In this document: one piece after another, positions 18,781 to 28,358 of the stretch
How the letters are laid out: each line of letters begins with the position of its first letter
How positions within the stretch are numbered: position 1 is the stretch's first letter
Assembly (NCBI GenBank): GCA_963817385.1
Contig: CAWFOM010000020.1
Location: forward strand, 1 to 64,000
Direction: 5' to 3'
DNA length: 64,000 nt
Origin: an uncultured delta proteobacterium
Lineage (GTDB): Bacteria; Desulfobacterota; Syntrophia; Syntrophales; UBA5619
Position numbers and translations under genes: made by a program
The notes under the pieces: generated by a model
Database searches by the model: none
The model's input: only the letters and a program-made list of their open reading frames with translations
What the model was told of the DNA's origin: nothing

Positions 18781-20694
18781 CTAAAGCACGATCTGCGTTC
18801 CCAACTCAACCACCCGGTTGGGGGGAAGCTTGAAATAGGTCGTCGGATTTCCCGCATTTCTCGCCATAAAGGCGAAAAGGATCTTCCGCCAGTGCATCAT
18901 CCTGGTATGACCTTCGGTGAGGAGCGTCTCCCTGCTGAGATAATAGGTAGTATTTAACGGTTCCGCCTCAATCCCGTGACGGGAGGCCATCTTCATGATC
19001 TCCGGTACATTCGGGGATTGCATGAAGCCATAGAATGCCACGATGCGATAGAAGCCATCGCCCAGTTTCTCCACTTGCAGCCTCTCCTTAGCCGGGATCG
19101 TCGGAGAGTCCGTGGAAATGACCGAAAGCAGCACGACATATTTATGCAGCATGTGGTTGTGTTTCACATGGTGAAGCAGGGTTACGGGGATACCCTCGGG
19201 AGATACCGACATGAACACCGCTGTTCCGGGCACTCTCGGCAGTTTTTGCCGCGCCACGTCGGCGATGAAGATCGAAAGCGGAAGCTTGGTTGCAGCAAGC
19301 GTCCGGCCGATTTCTTCGCGTCCTCTTCTCCAGGTGGTCATAACGATCGTTATAACCACCGCCACAAGAATCGCGAACCAACCGCCGCTGGCAACCTTGA
19401 AGAGGTTGCCGCCGAAGTAGGCGATGTCGAAAATCAGGAAGATTCCGACGAGGGGCACCGCTTTCCCGAGAGGCCAATTCCACGTATGGGTAAGCACGAG
19501 AAAATAGAGAACGGACGTGATCGTCATGGTGCCGGTAACCGCGATTCCATATGCCCCGGCAAGCCCGCTTGACCCCCCGAAGGCGATCACAACACCGATG
19601 CAGGCGAGCATCAGGGCATAATTGACGAACGGAATGTAAATCTGGCCTCTCATTTCGGATGACGTGTGAATGATCCGCATCCGCGGGCAGAAGCCAAGCT
19701 GCACCGCCTGCTGGGTGAGGGAAAAAACGCCGGAGATCAATGCCTGAGAGGCAATGATCGAGGCGATCGTAGCAAGGCCGACCATGGGGTACAAGAGGAA
19801 TCTCGGTACTGCGCCATAAAACGGGTTGGTGTTCATCTCCGGCTGCACGAGCAGCAGCGCTCCCTGGCCGAAATAGTTCAGAAGGAGTGCGGGATAGGCG
19901 ATCCAGAACCAGGAAAAGCGGATGGCATGTCTTCCGAAATGGCCGAGATCGGCGTAGAGGGCTTCACCACCGGTAATGCAAAGAACAACCGATCCGAGCA
20001 CGACGATTCCATGCGAGCCGTTCTGAACGAAGAAGTCAAAGGCGTACAGCGGATTGATGGCATAGAGGATTGTTGTATCGCGCAGGATCTGAGCAATCCC
20101 GAGGATAGCGATTGCCGCAAACCAGACGAGCATGGTCGGGCCGAAGATCTTCCCGATTTCACCGGTTCCGCGGCGTTGCATAAAAAACAATAAGAAGAGT
20201 ATCCCGCAGGTAAGGGGCAGGACCGTCGGCGTTAAAGCAGTGGTGGCGACCTCGAGTCCCTCGATCGCGGAGAGGACCGTGATGGCGGGGGTGATGACGC
20301 CGTCCCCATAGAGGAGGCCGGCGCCGAGTACCCCGGCAATTACCGCGGTCCGGCGGACGCCGGGAGAGATCACCGTCCGAGAGGTAGGGATCAGACCGAG
20401 CAGGGCGAAGATCCCCCCCTCGCTTCGATTATCCGCCCGGAGGATGAACATGACATATTTGATACTGATGACGATGGTCAATGACCAGAAAATAAGCGAG
20501 AGAACCCCGAGGATATTGTCGTGAGTGGGGGTGACGGCGTGTGGTCCGTGGAAACACTCCTTGATGGTATACAAGGGGCTGGTGCCGATGTCGCCGAAGA
20601 CGATGCCGAGGGCGCCCACGGCGAGCAGGAGGATCTTTTTGTTGAACCGGCCGTGCGGATCGGACTCGTTTTCGTGATTTACAGTGTCGGCCAT
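18781..20694 (-). CDS. kup: KUP/HAK/KT potassium transporter
   Basis: GIVFGDIGTSPLY, GDGVITPA, EALYADLGHFG, GQIYIP; GGAGG RBS before ATG 20694. Confidence 0.96.
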   Translation of the reverse strand: MADTVNHENESDPHGRFNKKILLLAVGALGIVFGDIGTSPLYTIKECFHGPHAVTPTHDNILGVLSLIFWSLTIVISIKYVMFILRADNRSEGGIFALLGLIPTSRTVISPGVRRTAVIAGVLGAGLLYGDGVITPAITVLSAIEGLEVATTALTPTVLPLTCGILFLLFFMQRRGTGEIGKIFGPTMLVWFAAIAILGIAQILRDTTILYAINPLYAFDFFVQNGSHGIVVLGSVVLCITGGEALYADLGHFGRHAIRFSWFWIAYPALLLNYFGQGALLLVQPEMNTNPFYGAVPRFLLYPMVGLATIASIIASQALISGVFSLTQQAVQLGFCPRMRIIHTSSEMRGQIYIPFVNYALMLACIGVVIAFGGSSGLAGAYGIAVTGTMTITSVLYFLVLTHTWNWPLGKAVPLVGIFLIFDIAYFGGNLFKVASGGWFAILVAVVITIVMTTWRRGREEIGRTLAATKLPLSIFIADVARQKLPRVPGTAVFMSVSPEGIPVTLLHHVKHNHMLHKYVVLLSVISTDSPTIPAKERLQVEKLGDGFYRIVAFYGFMQSPNVPEIMKMASRHGIEAEPLNTTYYLSRETLLTEGHTRMMHWRKILFAFMARNAGNPTTYFKLPPNRVVELGTQIVL

Positions 20695-20749
20695 AAGAAC
20701 CTCCGAAGTCCGGTAATTCCGAGGATGAACTGCCGGATCACTCCGCATG

Positions 20750-20876
20750 GTTCTCCCCATCGGTGCCTACGAGGTTAGCTGACGGGCTCGGGCCGAAGAG
20801 GTTGCCCTACGCAACGTGACGATACGCCCCAAAAACGCGGTTCCCCCGTTCCTGATCGTAAAGGATTCGGCATTGT
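20750..20876 (-). ncRNA. c-di-AMP (ydaO/yuaA) riboswitch
   Basis: Minus strand reads GCCGAAUCC...AGGAACGGGGGAACCGCGUUUUUGGGGCGUAUC...GUAGGGCAACCUCUUCGGCCCGAGCCCGUCAGCUAACCUCGUAGGC, matching the ydaO consensus; lies in the 5' leader of kup. Confidence 0.92.
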
Positions 20877-21062
20877 TGGCGATGGATAATACATCCGGAG
20901 GAAATTGTCAAGACCCTGCTGTGGCTGGCGATGCTGCAGGGAAATTCGGTTTCATGTTCAATCTTTTATGGATACAAGGAATTACTTCCGTCTTCCCGCG
21001 GCAGAATGCAGTTGCCAAATCCCTGCTTCTCTGGTACAGCTCTTCGCCTCAGGAAGGTCAGA

Positions 21063-22244
21063 ATGAGCTACCCACGGATCATACTCAAAAAAGGGCGCGA
21101 CGCCGCACTCCGTCGAGGGCATCCTTGGCTCTTCTCCGGGGCGCTTGCCTCTGTGGAAGAGATGCCGGAGCCTGGAGATATCGTCCTGGCTTCAGATGCC
21201 GGCGGACGCCCGCTCGGTCTCGGTTTCTTCAGCGCCGGCGATATCGCCTTCCGCCTCTTGACGGACGATCCTGCCGAGCGGATCGACAACTGTTTCTGGC
21301 GGCGGCGAATCGAACAGGCGCTGGAGCTGCGCGGGAAGGTAATCCCTCCGGAAACGGACGCGTATCGTCTCGTCAATGCGGAGGGAGACGGGCTGCCCGG
21401 CCTCGTCGTCGACCGTTATGGCGGCTATCTTGTCATGACCATAGGAACGGCGGGGATGGAGAAATGGCGGGAGACCGTGATCGGGCTCCTGACTGAGATC
21501 CTGGCGCCGGTTGGGATTTACGAACGGAGCGAGGGGCGCTCGCGGCAACTGGAGGGGCTCCCCGACCGAATCGGGCCTGCGACCGGGGAGATCCCGGAGA
21601 AGACGGAGATCACGGAAAACGGGCTCAGCTTCGAGGTTGATCTGCTCGCCGGGCAGAAGACGGGGTTCTTCCTCGATCAGCGCCTTAACCGGGAGATCAT
21701 CGGCGCCTTCAGCAGGTCGGCGGCTGTCCTGAACTGCTTTTCCTATACCGGGGCATTTTCCGTCTATGCCGCCCGCGGAGCGGCGGATCGAGTCGTCTCC
21801 GTGGAGGCTTCGGCATCAGCCAATGAGATCGCCCATCGGAACCTTGTCCGGAACGGCCTTTCCCCGGAGCGGCATCCCGTGTTCACTGCCAATGTCTTCG
21901 ATTATTTCCGGGAGACGCAAGAGAGCTTCGATCTGATCATCCTCGATCCTCCCGCCTTCGCCAAATCCCGGAAGGATGTGGCCCGATCGGCGCGGGGCTA
22001 CAAAGAGATCAACCTCCAGGCGGCAAAACGTCTTCGGGAAGGAGGGTTCCTGGCCACCTTTTCCTGTTCCAACCCGATCGATCCGGAGCTCTTCGAGAAG
22101 ATCGTCCTCGGCGCAGTCCGTGACGCGGGAAAGACCGCACAGCTCCTCCGTATACTCGGGGCGGGGGCTGACCATCCCGTGAACCTTGCCCATCCGGAGG
22201 GCCGCTACCTTAAGGGCCTCCTCCTGTGCCTCCATTCCGGCTGA
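21063..22244 (+). CDS. rlmI: RlmI-like class I SAM-dependent 23S rRNA m5C methyltransferase
   Basis: PUA-like GHPWLF, AEGDGLPGL, GQKTGFFLDQR, IILDPPAF, EGRYLK. Confidence 0.88.
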   Translation: MSYPRIILKKGRDAALRRGHPWLFSGALASVEEMPEPGDIVLASDAGGRPLGLGFFSAGDIAFRLLTDDPAERIDNCFWRRRIEQALELRGKVIPPETDAYRLVNAEGDGLPGLVVDRYGGYLVMTIGTAGMEKWRETVIGLLTEILAPVGIYERSEGRSRQLEGLPDRIGPATGEIPEKTEITENGLSFEVDLLAGQKTGFFLDQRLNREIIGAFSRSAAVLNCFSYTGAFSVYAARGAADRVVSVEASASANEIAHRNLVRNGLSPERHPVFTANVFDYFRETQESFDLIILDPPAFAKSRKDVARSARGYKEINLQAAKRLREGGFLATFSCSNPIDPELFEKIVLGAVRDAGKTAQLLRILGAGADHPVNLAHPEGRYLKGLLLCLHSG

Positions 22245-22272
22245 GTGTTCCTGATGATGCTCCCACCCTGTT

Positions 22273-22677
22273 TCAGGGCGCCTTGAGGAAGTTTCCGATC
22301 CGGTCGTGGATGAGCTGCGATGCCAGATTGTTTCCTGACGGCCCGACCATGATGGAGATTGCGGTCATTCCTTTCTCCACGTATTCCACCGAGATCCGGA
22401 CTTTGTCGTCAAGGATCAACGCTACGAAACTCCCCGTGGCGATCTTTTTGATCCGTTCGACATCGGTGGCCTTGAGGTCGGTCAGGGTCTTATCGCATGC
22501 CGCCCAGACCTGCTCGAAGGGAAAGTTATAGGTGGCCCGCAGATAGCCGTCCGTATAGATGAATTCCCCGGAGCGGACGCCGATCGTCTTGCTGCCCACG
22601 GTGAGAGCGGTGTCGCAGGCGGCGATCATGAAGAGCGCAGGAAGCAGGAGCATAAACCAACGGGGCTTAACGTTCAT
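22273..22677 (-). CDS. DUF3568-like lipoprotein
   Basis: Lipobox IAAC; size and motif pattern similar to DUF3568 proteins. Confidence 0.65.
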   Translation of the reverse strand: MNVKPRWFMLLLPALFMIAACDTALTVGSKTIGVRSGEFIYTDGYLRATYNFPFEQVWAACDKTLTDLKATDVERIKKIATGSFVALILDDKVRISVEYVEKGMTAISIMVGPSGNNLASQLIHDRIGNFLKAP

Positions 22678-22799
22678 ACACGGTCCTTTCTCTATGGTTC
22701 GTAAAAAAGCCCAGGTTCAGGGTAAAATCACCTACTTCATATCCCGGAAAGAGGATGAGAAATTCAGCGCTGGAAGTCTGAAACAACGAAGCATACGAC

Positions 22800-23264
22800 T
22801 CAGCGGTAGCCGCCTTCTTGGGCGTTGTGAATGATCGTGATCAGGTTGGCGGCGGAGTAATCGCCCCTGCCGCCACCCGCGAAGATCAGGCGGCCCTGGC
22901 CCTTGTAAACCGCTTCGTGGCGATAACGGTCGCTGCCATAGTAGAACGGTATCCATGCCTTTCCGGTCACATATGCACCCTGATCGGTAGGCTGGCCGAT
23001 CAGATCGGTCACCTGTTTCATGCTCATTCCGATTTGCAGCCTCGTGAATTTGCTGCCCGGCGCGGGCTTGCCGGTAATTTCGCCTTCCCAGCCGTTGATA
23101 CCTTTGACTTGTTTTGTGTCCCCGGTTGACTCAGCTTTCGGAGCGGGTGCAGGGGCAGGAGCAGGAGCGGCAGTGCTCCCCGACTTTTGTGCCGTTTGGC
23201 AGCCCAATACCAGTATAAAGATGGCGATGATCACTGCAATAGAGAAAACATGTCGATTTTTCAT
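22800..23264 (-). CDS. Lipoprotein with Ala-Pro linker and SmpA/OmlA(BamE)-like domain
   Basis: Lipobox VLGC, APAPAPAPAP linker, LQIGMSMKQVTDLIGQP motif. Confidence 0.65.
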   Translation of the reverse strand: MKNRHVFSIAVIIAIFILVLGCQTAQKSGSTAAPAPAPAPAPKAESTGDTKQVKGINGWEGEITGKPAPGSKFTRLQIGMSMKQVTDLIGQPTDQGAYVTGKAWIPFYYGSDRYRHEAVYKGQGRLIFAGGGRGDYSAANLITIIHNAQEGGYR

Positions 23265-23376
23265 CACGGGGCAACCTCCATCATTGAATTGCATTGAGTC
23301 GAGCTCATTCTTTCTTTTGCAGAAAGGCTAATACAATGGACTGCTTTTACTTGTCAAGGAGATTTGATCGCCGAAT

Positions 23377-23540
23377 AGAGACATCGGCGGCGGAAAGCCG
23401 GCATGCCACTGTTCTGTACCGGTCAGCCACAAAGGACAATCCTGCAAGGATGAAAATCATCGGCTACGAGATCCCCGTCGAGATCGGAAGAGTTCCGGTA
23501 AAGCCGGAAGATATTATCGTGGATTGAGGATGAATCACCG
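23377..23540 (+). pseudogene. Degraded RraA/HMG-aldolase-family gene remnant
   Basis: Across frames reads RDI...AGMPLFCTG and IIGYEIPVEIGRVPVKPEDIIVD*, resembling the RraA-family C-terminal motif PVxIGGVxVxPGDIIxxDxDG; no start, frameshifted, premature stop. Confidence 0.5.
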
Positions 23541-23588
23541 GGGGAATAAATTGAATTTATATGATGTAATTTATCTGCTGAATAAAGC

Positions 23589-23617
23589 TTGACAGCCTCG
23601 GAGGGTTTTGGTAAGAC
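23589..23617 (+). promoter_or_regulatory. sigma70 promoter of the complex I-like operon (TTGACA-N17-TAAGAC, extended -10 TG)
   Basis: Perfect -35 with 17 nt spacer, AT-rich upstream element. Confidence 0.6.
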
Positions 23618-23643
23618 CACTTCACTTTGTCCCGCAATGAGAT

Positions 23644-24063
23644 ATGATCCCGGTTAAAAATTTTGGATTATACGAAGCCATGAATACTTTAGACGAATTT
23701 TCCCCGGTCTTGCTGTTCATCATCGTGGCTGTTCTGTTTACCCTCATCCCCATCATCATCGCCTACATCATTGCCCCCCGGACGACGGGAGACAAGACCC
23801 TCAATACCTATGAGTGCGGCATCGAACCGTACGGGAGCGCCTGGGTGCGGTACGGCATGCACTACTACATCTATGCCCTGATATTCATCGCCTTTGACGT
23901 GGACGTCCTCTACCTTTTTCCGGCCGCATTGAACTATGCGAAGGGGGAACGGGTGGATGAATTCTATGCGCTCGTCTGTTTTGTCCTAATCCTCGCCCTG
24001 GCAATCATCTATGCCTGGGGGAAAGGGGTGTTTACCTGGAAAAGGAAGGTCGACTACCGGTAA
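23644..24063 (+). CDS. nuoA: NADH-quinone oxidoreductase subunit A
   Basis: TYECG, FIAFDVD, W.KGVF.W; alternative start at 23680. Confidence 0.92.
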   Translation: MIPVKNFGLYEAMNTLDEFSPVLLFIIVAVLFTLIPIIIAYIIAPRTTGDKTLNTYECGIEPYGSAWVRYGMHYYIYALIFIAFDVDVLYLFPAALNYAKGERVDEFYALVCFVLILALAIIYAWGKGVFTWKRKVDYR

Positions 24064-24074
24064 AATTTGCCATT

Positions 24075-24530
24075 GTGGAGAAGGTGCTCGATCTGGCCAG
24101 GGCCAACTCCCTCTGGCCCATGACCTTCGGCTTGGCGTGCTGCGCCATCGAGATGATGTCCACCTCCATGGCCCGCTTCGACATCGCCCGCTTCGGCGCC
24201 GAGGTATTCCGTCCTTCTCCCCGGCAGGCGGATCTCATGATCGTCTCCGGGACCGTCACCAAAAAGATGGCGCCTATCCTCGTCACCCTCTACGAGCAGA
24301 TGCCGTCGCCCAAGTGGGTCATTGCGATGGGAAACTGCGCCATCTCAGGAGGCCCGTTCGTTTTCGAGGGTCAATACAATGTCATCGAAGGCGTTGATCT
24401 CCTCGTGCCGGTGGATGTGTACGTCCCCGGATGCCCCCCCCGGCCGGAAGGCCTTCTCGAAGGGTTGATGAAGCTCGAGGAAAAAATAACAGGGAAGAGA
24501 CGCTTCCCGGGACCGGAAGAACGATGGTAG
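24075..24530 (+). CDS. nuoB: NADH-quinone oxidoreductase subunit B (true start possibly CTG at 24036)
   Basis: [28 protein letters not shown]. Confidence 0.95.
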   Translation: MEKVLDLARANSLWPMTFGLACCAIEMMSTSMARFDIARFGAEVFRPSPRQADLMIVSGTVTKKMAPILVTLYEQMPSPKWVIAMGNCAISGGPFVFEGQYNVIEGVDLLVPVDVYVPGCPPRPEGLLEGLMKLEEKITGKRRFPGPEERW

Positions 24531-26098
24531 GGAAAATTAAAACAGAGCTGGGCGCCGCCCTGGGGAATATCGAGATCGGTGAGGCGAACTACCGGGAGAG
24601 GGGCTACCATCTCTCATGCGAGGTGGCTTCGGGAGAGATCTTGAAAGTCGCCCGTTTCTTCGACGAGCGGGGTTTCTATCTGGCCGCCGAGATCTGTGTG
24701 GACTACAAGGAATATCTCGAGCTGGTCTACATCTTCAGCAACCACTCCTCCCTGAGCAAGGTGAAGGTCGCCCTGAAGATCGATCCCGCCAAACCGGTCG
24801 CCCCGACGATCTCCACCGTCTTTGACTGCGCATGCTGGTATGAGAGGGAGATCCGTGAGTTTTTCGGCGTTACCTTCGAAGGTCATCCCAACATGACCTA
24901 TCTCTTTCTCCATGAGGGGATCGATTATTACCCCCTGCGCAAGGGGCAGGTCCCGGTTTCCGAGGAAGATAAACGGTCGCTCGGCTCATACAGTCCGGAA
25001 GGAGGTGAGGACACCTTCTGTGTCAACCTTGGGCCTCAGCATCCCAGCACGCACGGTGTGCTCAGGGTCGTTCTGAAGATGAACGGCGAATATATCGAAG
25101 AGGCGGACCCGGTTCTCGGCTATCTCCACCGCATGCATGAGAAGATGGCGGAAAACAGGGGGTATCTGCAGTTTCACGCCAACACGGGCCGGATGGACTA
25201 CCTGGGCGCAATGGCCTTCAGCCTCGGGTACGTGACCGCCGTGGAGAGGCTATGCGGGATCGCCGTGCCTGACCGGGCGAACTATGTGCGCGTTATCGCC
25301 ACGGAGCTCAACAGGCTCTCCAGCCACCTGATGTGGCTGGGCGCCTATCTTGCCGACCTGGGGGCGCTCACCCCCTTCCTCTTTGTCTTCGACGACCGGG
25401 AACAGATAAACGACATCCTCGAACCGGTCACCGGCTCCCGGCTCACCTACGCCTATTTCCGGTTCGGCGGGCTCTATAACGACGTTGACGAAAACTTTAT
25501 CCCCGCAACAAAGGCGTTTGTCGAGAGAATGAAAGGCCGCTTCGATCTGTATGAGAAGCTGGTCACCGGTAATGTGATTTTCATCAACCGGACCAGAGGA
25601 ATCGGCGCTATCTCCAAGGAGCGGGCCCGAAAATACGGTCTTTCCGGGCCGGTGCTCAGGGGGGCCGGGATAGCGATGGACATGAGAAAAACGGAACCCT
25701 GCGCCGCCTACGGGGCGATGGACTTTGATGTTCCGGTGGGAACGCGCGGCGATGCCCTCGACATCTACCACGTGCGGGTAAAGGAGATGGAAAACGCCGT
25801 GAAGATCATCGAGCAGGCCCTGGCCGGACTTCCCGAAGGCCCCATCATGACGGAAAAGGTGCCGAAGAAACTCAAACCGCCGAAGGGGGACATCTATCAT
25901 ACGGTGGAAACGCCCCGCGGGGAACTGGGGATCTATATTGTCAGCGATGAAACCGACACCCCCTACCGAATGAAGTGGCGCGTACCCTCTTTTTCCAATC
26001 TGATGGTATTTCCCGAGCTGGCGAAAGGGAACCTGCTGGCCGATACCGTGGCGATCCTGGGGGGCCTGGATTTGGTCATACCGGAGATAGATCGATAA
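24524..26098 (+). CDS. nuoCD: Fused NADH-quinone oxidoreductase subunit C/D
   Basis: NuoC part ([21 protein letters not shown]) fused to NuoD ([31 protein letters not shown]); no NiFe CxxC motifs. Confidence 0.93.
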   Translation: MVGKIKTELGAALGNIEIGEANYRERGYHLSCEVASGEILKVARFFDERGFYLAAEICVDYKEYLELVYIFSNHSSLSKVKVALKIDPAKPVAPTISTVFDCACWYEREIREFFGVTFEGHPNMTYLFLHEGIDYYPLRKGQVPVSEEDKRSLGSYSPEGGEDTFCVNLGPQHPSTHGVLRVVLKMNGEYIEEADPVLGYLHRMHEKMAENRGYLQFHANTGRMDYLGAMAFSLGYVTAVERLCGIAVPDRANYVRVIATELNRLSSHLMWLGAYLADLGALTPFLFVFDDREQINDILEPVTGSRLTYAYFRFGGLYNDVDENFIPATKAFVERMKGRFDLYEKLVTGNVIFINRTRGIGAISKERARKYGLSGPVLRGAGIAMDMRKTEPCAAYGAMDFDVPVGTRGDALDIYHVRVKEMENAVKIIEQALAGLPEGPIMTEKVPKKLKPPKGDIYHTVETPRGELGIYIVSDETDTPYRMKWRVPSFSNLMVFPELAKGNLLADTVAILGGLDLVIPEIDR

Positions 26099-26111
26099 CT
26101 GTGATGGGTGC

Positions 26112-27083
26112 ATGGAGCAATTAGCGAACATAATCGGCTGGGAAGCGCTCAAGATGATCGTCGGTCTCGTCGGCGTTCTGGCTTTTGTCGTGGTCAACGC
26201 CCTGGTATTGACCTGGGCGGAGAGGAAAGTGGCCGGGCACATGCAGCGGCGGATCGGACCCAAAGAGGTCGGCCCCTACGGCTTGATTCAACCGATCGCC
26301 GATGCGCTCAAGCTCCTGGGCAAAGAGATCCTGACGCCGCGTGCGGTGGACAGACCCCTTTACTATCTTGCCCCCATCCTCATCTTCGTTCCCGTTCTGG
26401 TCTCGTTTATCGTCATTCCCTTTGACGCTTCTCTCGTGGTCAAGGACATAAACGTCGGCATCCTGGTGATCCTCGCCTTTTCCTCCCTTTCCATGTTTTC
26501 CATCCTGATGGCGGGCTGGGGGTCAAACAACAAATACGCCCTGATGGGGGCCATCAGGAGCATCGCCCAGAACATCGCCTATGAGATACCCATTCTGCTG
26601 TCCCTCCTGCCCGTCATCATGATGGCCAACTCTTTTTCTCTGAAGTCCATTGTGGAAGCGCAGAAGGGTCTGTGGTTTGTCTTTTGCCAGCCCCTGGCTT
26701 TTTGCATCTATTTCATCGCCAGCGTGGCCGAGACCAACAGGACCCCGTTCGACCTGCCCGAGGCGGAGAGCGAGCTGGTGGCGGGGTATCACACGGAATA
26801 CTCCGGCATGAGATTCGCCCTCTTTTTCCTTGCCGAGTATACGAATATGTTTATCGTCAGCGCCATCGCCGTCACGTTCTTCCTCGGCGGCTACCAGGGG
26901 CCCTTTTTGCCCGGTATCATCTGGTTCCTGCTCAAATCGTATCTCCTGGTCTTCGTCATCATGTGGCTTAAATGGACCTTTCCCCGGGTGCGGTTCGACC
27001 AGCTCCTGAACATCGCCTGGAAAGCGCTCATCCCGCTGGCTTTCATCAACCTGCTCATAACGGGAGGGCTTTTAAAGTTATGA
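26112..27083 (+). CDS. nuoH: NADH-quinone oxidoreductase subunit H
   Basis: ERK...[42 protein letters not shown]. Confidence 0.97.
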   Translation: MEQLANIIGWEALKMIVGLVGVLAFVVVNALVLTWAERKVAGHMQRRIGPKEVGPYGLIQPIADALKLLGKEILTPRAVDRPLYYLAPILIFVPVLVSFIVIPFDASLVVKDINVGILVILAFSSLSMFSILMAGWGSNNKYALMGAIRSIAQNIAYEIPILLSLLPVIMMANSFSLKSIVEAQKGLWFVFCQPLAFCIYFIASVAETNRTPFDLPEAESELVAGYHTEYSGMRFALFFLAEYTNMFIVSAIAVTFFLGGYQGPFLPGIIWFLLKSYLLVFVIMWLKWTFPRVRFDQLLNIAWKALIPLAFINLLITGGLLKL

Positions 27084-27535
27084 CGTTATCACCTTCGGCA
27101 TTCATCAAAGGCGCGGGTTCCCTGATAGCCGGCCTCGGAGTTACGCTCAAGGCGTTTTTTCAGCCGGTGGTGACCTCCCAGTATCCGCGCCACTTGTTGA
27201 CGATCAGCCCGCGGTTCCGCAGTCATACCAAGCTCGTTGCCGACAAGGACAATCCGGATAAGAGCGCCTGTATCGCCTGCGGCATCTGCGTGAAGAACTG
27301 TCCGTCGGGGTCCATTGTCAGCGTCGACGGGGAAAAGCGGGAAGGGGAAAAGAGGAAGACCGCCACTTCCTATATGCTCGATTTTACCACGTGCAGCCAA
27401 TGCGGAATCTGCGTGGAGGTCTGCCCGTACGACGCCCTCGACTTTTCCGCGGATTTCAACCTCGTGGGGTATAAACGGGAAGATTTTCATTTCGATCTGG
27501 TCAAGGAATTTGAAAAAAGGAAAAAACCATCATGA
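27080..27535 (+). CDS. nuoI: NADH-quinone oxidoreductase subunit I (2x[4Fe-4S])
   Basis: [17 protein letters not shown] and [12 protein letters not shown]. Confidence 0.92.
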   Translation: MTLSPSAFIKGAGSLIAGLGVTLKAFFQPVVTSQYPRHLLTISPRFRSHTKLVADKDNPDKSACIACGICVKNCPSGSIVSVDGEKREGEKRKTATSYMLDFTTCSQCGICVEVCPYDALDFSADFNLVGYKREDFHFDLVKEFEKRKKPS

Positions 27536-28035
27536 GTTTTGGTGAAATCATCTTCCTTTTCATCATTGTTGTCACCATGGGCGGCGCCCTCATGGCCGTT
27601 TTGTCCGGCTCGATCGTCTATGCCTTGATGGGACTGGTCACCGCCATGTTCGGCATAGCCGGTCTGTATATCTATCTCAACAGCCCCTTCCTGGCCATGA
27701 TGCAGATCCTCATCTATGTGGGGGCCGTTTCCGTGCTGATCGCCTTTGCCGTCATGCTGATCGGCCCGCTTTACAAGAGTCCGAAAGAGTGGACCACCGC
27801 CGGCAAGTTCGGGGCGGCCCTGGGTGTTGCCCTGGTGTCCCTTTCGGTATTCGTCAGGTTCGTCATGGAAACATTTCCGAGAGGGGGAAAGCCCGCTTTT
27901 ACCATGACGACAAAAGAGATCGGCCGCCTTTTTTTCGACAATCTGGTCCTGCCCTTTGAGCTGATATCGCTTCTTATCGTAGTGGCTATTTTAGGCGCGA
28001 TCATGCTTGCCCTATTTTCCCGGGGGAACAAATGA
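27532..28035 (+). CDS. nuoJ: NADH-quinone oxidoreductase subunit J
   Basis: QILIYVGAV, PFELISLL. Confidence 0.93.
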   Translation: MSFGEIIFLFIIVVTMGGALMAVLSGSIVYALMGLVTAMFGIAGLYIYLNSPFLAMMQILIYVGAVSVLIAFAVMLIGPLYKSPKEWTTAGKFGAALGVALVSLSVFVRFVMETFPRGGKPAFTMTTKEIGRLFFDNLVLPFELISLLIVVAILGAIMLALFSRGNK

Positions 28036-28355
28036 CCGATTTTTTCTACAACTATCTGCATATCTATCTCTTTGTCGCAATTTTTTTCCTCTTTTGCGGG
28101 ATTGCCGGCGTGGTGTACCGGCGCACCCTGATCGGGATGCTGGTGTCGATGGAGCTGATTATGAACGGCGCCGGATTGAATCTGGTGGCCCTGAACCGAT
28201 TCGTTTCCCCCGAGAATGCCACCGGGATGGCGTTTACCCTGATCATCATGGGGATCGCCGCGGCGGAAGCGGCCATTGCGCTGGGCATCATTATCCTCAT
28301 TTTCAGGAAATACGGACACATCGAAGGCGGAGATTTGAAGGAGATGAAAGACTGA
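28032..28355 (+). CDS. nuoK: NADH-quinone oxidoreductase subunit K
   Basis: SMELIMN, IAAAEAAIALG. Confidence 0.93.
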   Translation: MTDFFYNYLHIYLFVAIFFLFCGIAGVVYRRTLIGMLVSMELIMNGAGLNLVALNRFVSPENATGMAFTLIIMGIAAAEAAIALGIIILIFRKYGHIEGGDLKEMKD

Positions 28356-28358
28356 CCT

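Noticed and set aside
23138..23172. Short GCAGG(A/G) tandem repeats
   Set aside because: Simply encode the Ala-Pro linker of the lipoprotein.
24524..26098. Group 4 [NiFe]-hydrogenase large subunit
   Set aside because: Lacks both CxxC Ni-binding motifs and has NuoD quinone-site residues.
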